From a virus (taxonomy: Duplodnaviria > Caudoviricetes), in IMG/VR virus record IMGVR_UViG_2721756095_000004, positions 35,705-99,704 of that record: a stretch of 64,000 nt of DNA; one strand, 5' to 3'. The translations under genes were made by a program, and so were the position numbers. The notes under the pieces were generated by a model that made no database searches, was not told the DNA's origin, and saw nothing but the letters and a program-made list of their open reading frames with translations. Below are positions 1 to 9,400 of this stretch, piece after piece; within the stretch, counting starts at the first letter, position 1; every line of letters starts with the position of its first letter.

Positions 1-1065
1 CTCCGGGTTAATGGTGCTTTCTATGGCGGGTGGAAAACCATCCGCATCGAGCGCGGTATCGAGCAGATTGCCGGCACATTCGAGCTGAGCGTGACCGATC
101 GCTGGGCGGAACAATCAGCGGTGCGGCAAATAAATCCAGGCCAACCATGCGAAGTGAGAATTGACGAAGCCGTGGTAATTACCGGTTACGTCGACACAGT
201 GGCGCCGCAATACGATAAGCAGCAGCACACCATTACTGTGAGCGGCCGTGACAAGACTGGAGATCTGGTTGACTGCTCAGCGATTCACAAGAGCGGACAG
301 TGGTCCGGCCGCAAGCTGGACCAGATCGCCGCCGATCTCTGCCAGCCGTTCGGGATTACGGTTTTTCGCAATACAGACGTCGGGAGTGCTTTCAATCCCC
401 CATTTTCAATAGAAGAAAGCGAGACGGTATTCAACTGCCTGGAGCGCGCTGCCCGGATGAAAGCAGTGCTGCTGGTATCCGACGGCCTGGGTAACCTGGT
501 GCTTACTCGTGCCGGCTCCGGCGCTTCGGTGGCAGTGCTGACCGAAGGCGAAAATATTCTCGCCGGCAAGGGAGAATACTCGTGGATAGACCGGCACAGC
601 CGCTATGTCGTCAAGGGCCAAGGTGTGGGCACCGATGATTTTAACGGCCCGCAGGTCGCGCATCAGCAAGCTGAATCGATAGACTCAACAATTACCCGCT
701 ACCGGCCATTGACGGTGCTGGCCGAAGACCAGGGCACAGGTGCTACCCTTTCCCAGCGGGCGCAATGGGAGCGCAACGTGCGTATGGGACGCGGCAATCG
801 CGCCACGATTACCGTGCAAGGCTGGGCGCACGACGGCAATTTGTGGAAGCCGAACACAATGGTGCATTTGCGATCGCCCATGCTTTATGCAGACCATGAT
901 TTGCTGATCGCCTCGGTGGTTTTTCTCCTTGATGAGCAGGGTACCCGCACGGAGCTGCAGCTCGTGCGCCGCGAAGCCTTTGACCTGGTAGCCGGAGTTA
1001 GCCTGACCGGCAAGCAGAATAAAGCCAAAAAGGCAAAAAGCGATGATTGGAGTATCGGGTTTTGA
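1..1065 (+). CDS. Mu gp44-like baseplate hub (5' end outside window)
   Basis: Frame open from base 1 (LRVNGAFYGGWKTIRIERGIEQIAGTFELS...); GRDKTGDLVDCS, GENIL and VQGW..W.PN motifs. Confidence 0.88.
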   Translation, partial: LRVNGAFYGGWKTIRIERGIEQIAGTFELSVTDRWAEQSAVRQINPGQPCEVRIDEAVVITGYVDTVAPQYDKQQHTITVSGRDKTGDLVDCSAIHKSGQWSGRKLDQIAADLCQPFGITVFRNTDVGSAFNPPFSIEESETVFNCLERAARMKAVLLVSDGLGNLVLTRAGSGASVAVLTEGENILAGKGEYSWIDRHSRYVVKGQGVGTDDFNGPQVAHQQAESIDSTITRYRPLTVLAEDQGTGATLSQRAQWERNVRMGRGNRATITVQGWAHDGNLWKPNTMVHLRSPMLYADHDLLIASVVFLLDEQGTRTELQLVRREAFDLVAGVSLTGKQNKAKKAKSDDWSIGF

Positions 1066-1493
1066 TGCGCGCTATTAATAAGCTGCTGGCGCCACTGACC
1101 CGCCGGGTACGGCTGATGGTCGGGCGCGGGGTGCTTTCCCTGGTAAACGATGGGCTCAAGATGCAGGGCGTGCAGGTTCAATTGCTCGCTGATGAAGTGC
1201 GGGATCTGGAGCGTTTCCAGGACTACGGCTTTACCTCTGTACCTCATGTCGGGGCGGAAGTTGCGGCGGTATTTGTCGACGGCAACCGGGATCACGGCAT
1301 TGCCATCCGCATCGATGACCGGCGCTACCGCGTCAAGGGACTGAAGTCCGGCGAGGTGGCCATCTATACGGATGAGGGTGACAAGGTTGTAATGAAGCGT
1401 GGACGTATTATCGAGATAACTGCGGGCACGAAAGTGCGCATGGTGACACCGCTTCTCGAAGTGACGGGCGAGATCAAGGGTCTTCAGCCGTGA
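1065..1493 (+). CDS. Mu gp45-like baseplate spike (gpV family), short C-terminus
   Basis: TGATG overlap with upstream gene; ERFQDYGFTSVP, DRRYR, GEVAIY motifs; no terminal HxH. Confidence 0.85.
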   Translation: MRAINKLLAPLTRRVRLMVGRGVLSLVNDGLKMQGVQVQLLADEVRDLERFQDYGFTSVPHVGAEVAAVFVDGNRDHGIAIRIDDRRYRVKGLKSGEVAIYTDEGDKVVMKRGRIIEITAGTKVRMVTPLLEVTGEIKGLQP

Positions 1494-1942
1494 GCGATAT
1501 TCGCACATTATTCTTCGGGTTCGAGCGGGGCGCGGATTATGCGCTCGATGCCCTTGGCCTGACGTCAGACGATGGGCTGGAAACCGCCGTAATCCTCTCG
1601 CTTTTCACAGACCGCCAGGCTGAGCCGGCGGACATCATCCCGGATGGCACAACTGACCAGCGCGGCTGGTGGGCGGATGCTTTTGCCGATGTGCCGGCGG
1701 ACAAGATAGGCAGCCGATTATGGTTGCTCCATCGGGAAAAACAACTCCAGTCCGTGGTGAACCGCGCACGTGAGTATGCCCAGGAGTCGCTCGACTGGCT
1801 GGTGGATGATGGCGTGGCCAAGGCAGTGACTGTCACTGCAGAAGTCGTGCGCACGGGTGTGTTAGGTCTATCCATCGAGATTGTCCGGCCCGATAGCACT
1901 GTTGCTAAATTCCGTTTTGATAATTTCTGGAAGGCTGCGTAA
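1490..1942 (+). CDS. Mu gp46-like baseplate protein
   Basis: LETAVILSLFTD, RGWWAD, GSRLWLL.REK motifs. Confidence 0.9.
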   Translation: MSDIRTLFFGFERGADYALDALGLTSDDGLETAVILSLFTDRQAEPADIIPDGTTDQRGWWADAFADVPADKIGSRLWLLHREKQLQSVVNRAREYAQESLDWLVDDGVAKAVTVTAEVVRTGVLGLSIEIVRPDSTVAKFRFDNFWKAA

Positions 1943-2989
1943 ATGCCATTTTCCCGCCCTACACTTGCCGATCTGATAGAGCGTTCGATTTCCGATATCG
2001 AAGCGCGCCTGCCAGGCGTGGACGCCCGCCTGCGCCGATCCAACCTCAACGTTCTCTCGCGGGTGCATGCCGGAGCAATTCATGGCCTGTATGGCTATCT
2101 TGACTGGCTGTCCAAACAGGTGATTTACGACACCGCCGAAGCGGAAATCCTCGACCGCTGGGCAACGATCTGGCTGGCACAGCCGCGCAAGGCCGCCGTA
2201 TCGGCCATTGGCGATATAACTTTTACCGGTACCGATGGCGCGGTGATACCGACGGGAACTCTGCTGCAGCGCGCCGACGGCGCGGCATTCACCACCAATG
2301 CCGCTGCTACCATTTCCGCAGGCACCGCCACCGCCGCAGTCACGGCTTCGCTTGCCGGTACCGCTGGCAATACGGATGCCGCCGCGACGTTAAATATGGT
2401 GGTGCCGATTGCCGGGGTTAACGCCGCCGCCACCGTTGCTGTGGGCGGACTTTCCCAAGGCTCCGACACTGAGGCGGATGCCAATCTGCGCGCCAGGCTG
2501 ATAGCGCGCATCCGGCAGCCGCCGCACGGCGGCGCGGATTATGACTATATCGCCTGGGCGCTTGAAGTCGCTGGCGTAACCCGTGCATGGGTGTATCCGA
2601 AGGAGCTCGGCCTTGGCACCGTTACGGTGCGCTTCGTGCGCGATGATGATGCAAGCATCATTCCAGACGCCGCCGAGGTGACAGCGGTGCAAGACTATAT
2701 CGACGCTCGCCGTCCGGTAACAGCTGTGGTAACGGTGGTCGCGCCGGTAGCGGCGGCGCTGAATTTTACCATCTCGGCAGTTACGTCAGTCCGGGACGCG
2801 ATCGCTGCTGCGCTTACTGACATGCTGCTCCGTGAGGCCGAGCCGGGCGGCACCATCCTTCTCTCGCGCATTCACCAGGCTATCAGCGTCGCGGCGGGAG
2901 ACAACGATTACACGTTGAATGTGCCGAGTGCGGACGTAACGCATACCGCAGGCAAATTGGCGACGATGGGGACCATCACATGGGCATAA
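1943..2989 (+). CDS. Baseplate J / Mu gp47-like wedge protein
   Basis: MPFSRPTL start, PPHGGADYDY..WALEV.GVTRAW, RRPVTA. Confidence 0.92.
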   Translation: MPFSRPTLADLIERSISDIEARLPGVDARLRRSNLNVLSRVHAGAIHGLYGYLDWLSKQVIYDTAEAEILDRWATIWLAQPRKAAVSAIGDITFTGTDGAVIPTGTLLQRADGAAFTTNAAATISAGTATAAVTASLAGTAGNTDAAATLNMVVPIAGVNAAATVAVGGLSQGSDTEADANLRARLIARIRQPPHGGADYDYIAWALEVAGVTRAWVYPKELGLGTVTVRFVRDDDASIIPDAAEVTAVQDYIDARRPVTAVVTVVAPVAAALNFTISAVTSVRDAIAAALTDMLLREAEPGGTILLSRIHQAISVAAGDNDYTLNVPSADVTHTAGKLATMGTITWA

Positions 2990-3564
2990 CGGCTGACGAT
3001 TATCTGAGCCAGTTGCAATCGTTGCTACCGCAGGGGCAGGCATGGCCGCGCGAACCGGACGCCACGCTTACCCAGTTGATGGCAGCGCTGGCCGAGGAAT
3101 TTGCCCGTTTTGATGCCCGCACCCAGAGGCTGTTCGACGAAGCCGACCCGCGCACCACGGTCGAGCTATTAGCCGACTGGGAGCGGGTGGCGGGACTGCC
3201 GGAAGCCTGCCTGGCTGCAATCGCCCAGACGACGGGAGAGCGTCGCTCTGCGCTGCTCTCCAAACTGATCGGCGTGGGTGGACAGAGCAGGCAGTATTTT
3301 ATTGGTATTGCGGCCGCGCTCGGATATACGGTCACCCTAACCGAGTTTCGGCCATTCCAAGTTAATTCAGAAGTAAACGATGCCCTCCGGGGCGAGCAAT
3401 GGCGGTTTGCCTGGCAGGTCAATTCCGCATTGATTACGGTGCGCGCCTCCACCGTGGCCGCAGCGGTTAATGATCCGCTTCGGTCGTGGGGGAATGCGGC
3501 GCTGGAGTGTGTTATTTCAAAATACAGCCCGGCACATACGAAAGTTTTATTCGCTTACACATAG
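2980..3564 (+). CDS. Mu gp48-like (YmfQ/DUF2313) baseplate protein
   Basis: LLPQGQAW, EADP.T..ELL.DWER..GLP, PAHT...F.Y end. Confidence 0.9.
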   Translation: MGITADDYLSQLQSLLPQGQAWPREPDATLTQLMAALAEEFARFDARTQRLFDEADPRTTVELLADWERVAGLPEACLAAIAQTTGERRSALLSKLIGVGGQSRQYFIGIAAALGYTVTLTEFRPFQVNSEVNDALRGEQWRFAWQVNSALITVRASTVAAAVNDPLRSWGNAALECVISKYSPAHTKVLFAYT

Positions 3565-3580
3565 AAAGAAGAGGAACAGC

Positions 3581-4390
3581 ATGGACAATAGAAAGTTTCA
3601 GACCGCCGCTTCCGCCAGCCCGCCGCCCGCCGAGGCAGCCCCATCGACCGGGTACCCGACCGATGGCAACCCGTCCCTCGCACTGCCGGCCACCGTGCCG
3701 GGCGCCGCGTGGTTCCACCAGATTGGCGAGGAGCTGCGAAACCTGCTGACACAGGCGTCCATCATACCCAGCGCTGCCGATCTTACGCAGCTGCATGCGG
3801 CCATAAAAACATTGTTCAGCAACGCGACGATCACCAGCGCCGGTGCCGCGCCGACCTTTACCCTGACACCGTCACCAGCGATTGCCGCGTACGTCGCCGG
3901 GCAGCGGTATCGGATCAATTTTCATGCTACCGGAACCACGGGTAGCAACACGCTGAACGTGTCTGCGCTGGGTGTCAAGAACCTGAAACAGTACGATGCC
4001 TTCGGTGCGAAAGTGCCAGCGATGGTCGTGTCTGGACAATTGACAGATGTCGAGTATGACGGCGTGGATATGGTGATCCTTGACCCATTGATGGTTGACT
4101 TTTCGAGGAAGCCTATCTCTGCAAATGATTATCAGCTGCTACCGAGTGGATCTATTATTCAATGGGGAATCAATGCGCAAAACATAACCGCTGGAATAGA
4201 GAGCGCAGCCGTTATGTTTCCGATCACTTTCCCGAATGCCATTTTTGGTATTTTTATTTGTCATATCGGCGCGATAGAGACTGTAAATGTAATCATTTCC
4301 AACACAACTCCACATACCACATCGAAGTTTCACTGGAAATCGAATCATACCGGAAGCCAATCTCATTTCTGGTTCGCCATAGGACGCTAA
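3581..4390 (+). CDS. Short tail fibre with gp53-like C-terminal domain
   Basis: RBS GAGG before ATG 3581; N-terminal T.GNP...PAT.PGA.WF.QI.EEL fibre anchor; C-terminal LPSG.IIQWG...FP..FPN...W.AIG. Confidence 0.8.
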   Translation: MDNRKFQTAASASPPPAEAAPSTGYPTDGNPSLALPATVPGAAWFHQIGEELRNLLTQASIIPSAADLTQLHAAIKTLFSNATITSAGAAPTFTLTPSPAIAAYVAGQRYRINFHATGTTGSNTLNVSALGVKNLKQYDAFGAKVPAMVVSGQLTDVEYDGVDMVILDPLMVDFSRKPISANDYQLLPSGSIIQWGINAQNITAGIESAAVMFPITFPNAIFGIFICHIGAIETVNVIISNTTPHTTSKFHWKSNHTGSQSHFWFAIGR

Positions 4391-4404
4391 TAAGGATAAC
4401 TGCC

Positions 4405-4941
4405 ATGTTCTACTCACCATCAACCTTCGGTTTTTACCACCCTTCTATACACGGCGACAACATTCCTGTTGATGCCGTCGAAATCACTATTGATGAGCAT
4501 GCCGCACTGCTCTATGGCCAGTCCCAAGGCAAACGTATCGTTGCAGACCAGTTGGGCCGCCCGGTTCTCGCCGATCCCCTGCCGCCGACCGCTACCGTGA
4601 TGATTGCCGCCGCGCTGGCACGCATCAATGCTGCCTATGAAGGGGCAGTAGCGTCAATGACAGCGGGCTACCCGGAAGATGAGGTAAGAAGCTGGACAAA
4701 GCAGGAAACGGAAGCCAGGGAGTGGCTTAAGGACCCGGCCACGGCAACGCCATGGATTGATGGGGCGGTCTTGGCACGTGGCATAGCGAAGGCCGATCTC
4801 GTTACCAAAATTATCGAGAATGCTAACCTTTTTGCGCCCATGCACGGTGAGCTGACCGGGAAAAGGCAGAAACTCCGGGATCAAATAGGGGCACTCGGAG
4901 CAAGTCCTACGCAGCAGCAGCTGGACGCAATTCGGTGGTGA
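4405..4941 (+). CDS. Tail fibre assembly chaperone
   Basis: MFYSPST.GFY...IP.DAVEIT...GK.I....G.P.L N-terminus; YP..E..SW..Q..EA; follows fibre gene. Confidence 0.8.
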   Translation: MFYSPSTFGFYHPSIHGDNIPVDAVEITIDEHAALLYGQSQGKRIVADQLGRPVLADPLPPTATVMIAAALARINAAYEGAVASMTAGYPEDEVRSWTKQETEAREWLKDPATATPWIDGAVLARGIAKADLVTKIIENANLFAPMHGELTGKRQKLRDQIGALGASPTQQQLDAIRW

Positions 4942-4966
4942 CTGCAATGAAAGTAAAGAAGAGAGA

Positions 4967-5096
4967 GCGGCCGAAATCATGCTGTAACATGGTCCCGGCC
5001 GCCGTAACCCACAGGACACACCTGTGAGCCACAGCCAAGGCTCCCTGCCAGTCGACCGGCAACGGGAGTCTAGCATAACCATGAGAGAGGCTCACA
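4967..5096 (+). promoter_or_regulatory. Structured 5' leader of the methylase gene
   Basis: Stems GCGGCCG/CGGCCGC (4967-5002), CACAGG/CCTGTG (5010-5026), GGCTCCC/GGGAGTC (5039-5070); TGTGAGCC 5023-5030 is complementary to GGCTCACA 5089-5096 abutting the ATG. Confidence 0.55.
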
Positions 5097-5858
5097 ATGC
5101 ACAACCCTATTATTCCGTGGATCGGCGGTAAACGCCGCCTGGCAAACAAGATCATGCCGCTTTTCCCAGCCCATGAATGCTATGTCGAACCGTTTGCCGG
5201 CGCGGCCGCGTTGTATTTCCGGAAGGCGCCGGCACAGGTCGAAGTGCTCAACGACATCAATGGCGAGTTGGTGAATTTATACCGAGTGGTCAAGCATCAT
5301 ATGGAAGAGCTTGCCAAGCAATTCAAGTGGGCGTTAACCAGCAGACAAATATTCAAGTGGCTGCAGGCAACACCAGAGGAAACGCTGACCGATATCCAAC
5401 GTGCGGCCAAGTTCTATTACCTGCAAAAACTGGCATTCGGCGGCCGAGTGGAAGGCCAGACCTTTGGCACAGCCACTACCTCACCGCCCAGACTTAACTT
5501 GCTACGGCTTGAGGAGGATCTGAGCCAGGCTCACCTGCGCTTGGCCAGAACCTACATCGAACATCTGGATTGGCAGGAATGCATCAGCAAGTACGACCGG
5601 CCGCACACTCTTTTTTATCTCGATCCGCCGTACTGGGGGACCGAGGGATATGGCGTCGGGTTCGGTCTGGAGCAATATGATGAGATGGCGAAACTGGCCA
5701 AGACGATAAAGGGAAACATGATCATCAGCGTCAACGATATCCCTGAGATGCGAAACGCCTTCGCTGGACTGACGATGGAGTCAGTCGATATCAACTACAC
5801 GGTCGGTGGAGCGCAGAGGTGCGGGAAGCGTGCCGAGCTGATCATCAGGAGTTGGTGA
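5097..5858 (+). CDS. DNA adenine methyltransferase (Dam/D12 family)
   Basis: WIGGK, YVEPFAGAA (motif I), NDIN, YLDPPY (motif IV). Confidence 0.93.
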   Translation: MHNPIIPWIGGKRRLANKIMPLFPAHECYVEPFAGAAALYFRKAPAQVEVLNDINGELVNLYRVVKHHMEELAKQFKWALTSRQIFKWLQATPEETLTDIQRAAKFYYLQKLAFGGRVEGQTFGTATTSPPRLNLLRLEEDLSQAHLRLARTYIEHLDWQECISKYDRPHTLFYLDPPYWGTEGYGVGFGLEQYDEMAKLAKTIKGNMIISVNDIPEMRNAFAGLTMESVDINYTVGGAQRCGKRAELIIRSW

Positions 5859-5943
5859 GCATCGGCATGTTAAGTTTTCTGACCATTCTGTATGGTGTGA
5901 TTTATTAACACCGGCGCAGGAGGAGGTGGATGGCCGTTAAAAT

Positions 5944-5961
5944 GGCGGAAACGTTTCCGCC
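5944..5961. repeat. Perfect 18-bp palindrome GGCGGAAACGTTTCCGCC near the Mu-like end
   Basis: Directly visible; function unknown. Confidence 0.8.
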
Positions 5962-5964
5962 CTC

Positions 5965-6012
5965 AGTCCCAAATTACGCGCAAAATAGTCTCAAGCAAAA
6001 CGCGCGTTTACA
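5965..6012 (+). repeat. Probable transposase-binding repeats and terminal CA of the Mu-like prophage
   Basis: AGTCCCAAATTACGCGC (5965-5981) and AGTCTCAAGCAAAACGCGC (5987-6005), then GTTTACA; Mu-family ends terminate in CA-3'. Confidence 0.6.
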
Positions 6013-6019
6013 GCCCAAC

Positions 6020-6056
6020 AAAAAGAAAAGGCTCACGATAGCAATCGTAAGCCTTT
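6020..6056 (-). terminator. Intrinsic terminator of the original tRNA-Ile2 locus
   Basis: Minus strand AAAGGCTTACGAT-TGCT-ATCGTGAGCCTTT then TCTTTTT, just 3' of the tRNA CCA. Confidence 0.8.
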
Positions 6057-6063
6057 GTAAAAT

Positions 6064-6109
6064 TGGTGGGTCTGGCTGGACTCGAACCAGCGACCAAGGG
6101 ATTATGAGT
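6064..6109 (-). other. att core: displaced 3' half of tRNA-Ile2 (CAT)
   Basis: Minus strand ACTCATAATCCCTTGGTCGCTGGTTCGAGTCCAGCCAGACCCACCA = anticodon loop, T-arm, acceptor 3' strand, CCA; no D-arm or 5' half beyond 6110. Confidence 0.88.
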
Positions 6110-6317
6110 TACTCTTTCTGCTGGTTGAATATAAATGAAATCAATAATATCAGATACTTACAAGATGCGACAAAAGCAATAAACCGCTAAAAGTGCTATT
6201 GGATGGCAAAATAATCCGCACCAACATTTGTCATAAGTTAATTTGGCACAATTCCACCAGATTAAACCAGTGCTATACTCCCCTAATGGTCCCGTCCATC
6301 CTCTTCTTCATAGCCCG

Positions 6318-6467
6318 ATGCTGACATTCTTAGCCGCCCTTCTCGGTATCGCCATGGTCCTTGTCATGACCCCGGCCCTTATCGGCGCGATTCTGAAACA
6401 CAGTGACGCGCTCCCAATTGTCGGGATCATGTTTGCGGCAATAATAATCTTCGGCGTTATCTGGTAG
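6318..6467 (+). CDS. Small two-helix membrane protein (49 aa)
   Basis: Two hydrophobic stretches; upstream TGCTATACT extended -10-like motif; convergent with the large ejection gene. Confidence 0.5.
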   Translation: MLTFLAALLGIAMVLVMTPALIGAILKHSDALPIVGIMFAAIIIFGVIW

Positions 6468-9400
6468 CCTCGACATAGCGCTTATTGAAGTCGGACATTA
6501 GCACCCTTTTCCGCTCCGCCAGTTCTTTCAATTTTTCCCGCTTATCATCCGGATTCGATTTCTCGATCGCGCGTTCACGTTTCCGCATGTTTTCCAGAAT
6601 GTTCGATACGAACTTTGCCCGACCGGAGAGTTTAAGTTCCCCATATTCATCACGCAGCGCAGCCCGCTTTTCTGGATCGCCGCGGAAGTTCTTTAACTCC
6701 TCTTCCGCCAGGTTCACGCTTTTGAGGTTCTGGTAGAACTTGCGCTCAGTCTGGTATTCCGGTTTCGCGCTCAGAAAGATATTAGCGAACGGAACTTCCT
6801 TTGCCTGAATCTCTTCATCCTGGGCGGCTTTTATCGGCAGGCTGAATGCTTGCAGATAAGTGCGCCCAGCGCCGCCGGCAAGCGATGAAACCGCAAAGTC
6901 CAATAGCGCGGGGTTGGTATCTATGAATCCAGGCCGAACCTCATTCCCCCCCGTTGCATCGTTCAGAAACTCAGTCAGCCATTTAGCCGGCGCGCTGGTT
7001 GATTTAAACCCCATTTGATATTCAGGCTTCGGCACACCAAAGGGCGATTGCTCGCGCCTCATCGGATTGCCAGCGAAGTTCTTGTTTTCGCCCCACTGCA
7101 CAAGAGGATCGCCGATGGTCGGCGCAATTAATTGTGTTACTGAACCTGCCTGCCCTACCGGGCTGAACGCATCGAAGAATACGGCTGCGAGCTCAACCGC
7201 GCTATTTGCAGGACTATAGTTCTCCCTGAACATACCCTCGCTCATCTTCCGGCCAACCGAGGCAAAGAAGTTGTAACCGTAAGGCATGGGAACAGTTACC
7301 GGCCTGCTGCCCGCCATAAAGACAAAGTTCATGGCTTTTGTATGTTCGGGCAATTGGTCGTAATCGTTCTCACCATCGTCGTCATCGTCACCCGCCATTG
7401 AACGAGCAAGAATATCCATAAGGAAGCCGGAAGCGACTATGCCGCCCACGATCTTCTGAACTTGCTTATTGCCCAATGCTTGGATGAGCCTTGCCGTGCC
7501 CTGAATGGATGCGTTCATGAACATGTACCACATATTCAGTTCCGTGCTCTTGGCGCCCTTCAGATTAAAGTTAACCGTGAGCCCCTTGGCAACTGAGCTG
7601 CTTTTACCCTCCGATAACCCGCGCTTGCGCGCATTCACGTAAACCGCCAGGCGGATTCCATTCTCGACGGCACTATTCGCGTCTTCGATCAATTCCCACC
7701 AGTCCTTCGCAAGCCGCCGGGTAAAATTCCACTTGCCCGGCCCCATGACCTCAAGTTGATTCCTGAGCTTATCTGCCCGCTCGCCAATGTCCCGGTAGTT
7801 GTCCATCCAGCCAACTTGCCCGCCGGAATCCCTGAATTCCCGGGCATCTTTCGCCCACTGAGAATTCATGTTGCCGCGGGTTAATTGCCACATGCCCCGG
7901 ATAGCCTTTGGCACATCCGCAAATACCTGTCTTTTCATCCCCGCAAGTTCGGTATCTGACAAATTGACATAAGCCGTCTGCAGGTCGCGTAAGAAGTTAC
8001 GAGCAACAAACACCGGGTTTGCCGTGGTATTCATCGTTGCCAGAAAGCGCGTGAATTTACCGACTGCCTGAGTCACTTCCCCGAGTTGCTGAGTGCTCAG
8101 ATTCTTGATGGATGAGGCAAGCCGCATTGCTGCCGGATTCTGTTTATTGAATTCGATGGTATGCTCTTCGCCGTCGATCTTGAACGTCAACACTTCATCG
8201 CGCTGCTTATACAAGGGATCAACACGCTCGACTACAAGTCCTGTTACCGGATCCATTTCGCGCTTGGTATCCTGATCATCCACCTTCCACAGCTCCGGAT
8301 CCGGGTGCGCCATAACGAATTCAAATAAAGCATTGTCCACTCTGGATTTCTCGGCCCGAATAATTGCAGTTTCATGCTGCGCAACCACATGAGCGAGAAT
8401 GTCCGTTACCGCCCTATTCGATCCGGTAGCCCGCTTGCTTTCCTTGCCTCGGATATTAAAGCCCCGGCCTACAGGCGGATTCGTGTTTCCACCAACTTCA
8501 TCGCGATGTAAAGGAACATAGTGATCGTACTTCGCCTCCCATGCGGCGATCATCTCGGGAGTCTCCAAACCGGCATCCACGATCACTTTTCTGGTTGCAG
8601 TAGTTATCTCATCAACCATGGATGAAGCGCGCTGCAGGGCCTCTAATTTGCCCGTTTCCTTGACTTTCTGGATTACTGCTTTTGCCGCGGCGTCACTCAT
8701 TCCAGACAATGCCGTATTGTCGCCATCGAACGGTTTCATATTTTGCAACCGCTTCAATTGCTCAATTGACTGCACGTAATCCTGAACGGCTTTTTTCTTC
8801 CGCAGCTCAGATACTTCTCTATCCAACAGAATCTCGTCGGTGGGATCGACAAGACCATCCTCAACGTCAGATTGCGCCTGTCTCAACTCGCGCCGCTTCT
8901 GGATGAACTCGACAACATTTTTATCCTTGGCCAGCCTGTCACGAGTCGCCGCAAGTTTCTTGATGCGCTCATCCAACTCCTGAACGGTCGGGTTGATGTC
9001 CTTCATGGCCGCATTGCGGGATGGAGCGTGCATCGCGTGCAGGAACTCTTCAACCTCCTCATATTTCAGATTACCGTCATGGATAGCCTGAATAAGCGGA
9101 TCACGCATATCATCATGGAAGTCATCGGTGCGCGCGCGAACACGGCCAGGATAGTTAATCTCAGCAAGCGATGCGTCCATATCCTCATTCACCGGCCCCG
9201 CTTCTTTCTGAATATCCCGAAGATCCATGAACCGATCCTGGAAGTTGAATATCAGAGAGTCAACGATACGGCTGGTTCTGGAGGGGCCGGATGAGGCGTT
9301 ATTGTCGGGCCGGGATGGTTTGCGGCTGAACATCGTTCCGCTCGACGCTTCCCTATAAGCCTCAGCCTGCTTGTCATCAAACAGCGATACCTCGTTCTCC

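Larger units (their letters stand above)
1..6012 (+). mobile_element. Right end of a Mu-like transposable prophage (baseplate, fibre, methylase, terminus)
   Basis: Mu gp44-45-46-47-48, fibre, chaperone gene order, then a DNA-modification gene in the mom position, imperfect repeats and a terminal ...TTTACA; begins upstream of the window. Confidence 0.85.

Noticed and set aside
4941-5097. Gin-type invertible fibre cassette or com gene
   Set aside because: No invertase, no second inverted fibre, no zinc-finger ORF
6064-6140. Intact tRNA gene
   Set aside because: Only the anticodon loop to CCA is present; sequence beyond 6110 cannot form the D-arm or 5' acceptor strand, so it is an att remnant
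5930-6190. 86-aa ORF across the junction
   Set aside because: Runs through a phage end, terminator and tRNA fragment; chance ORF
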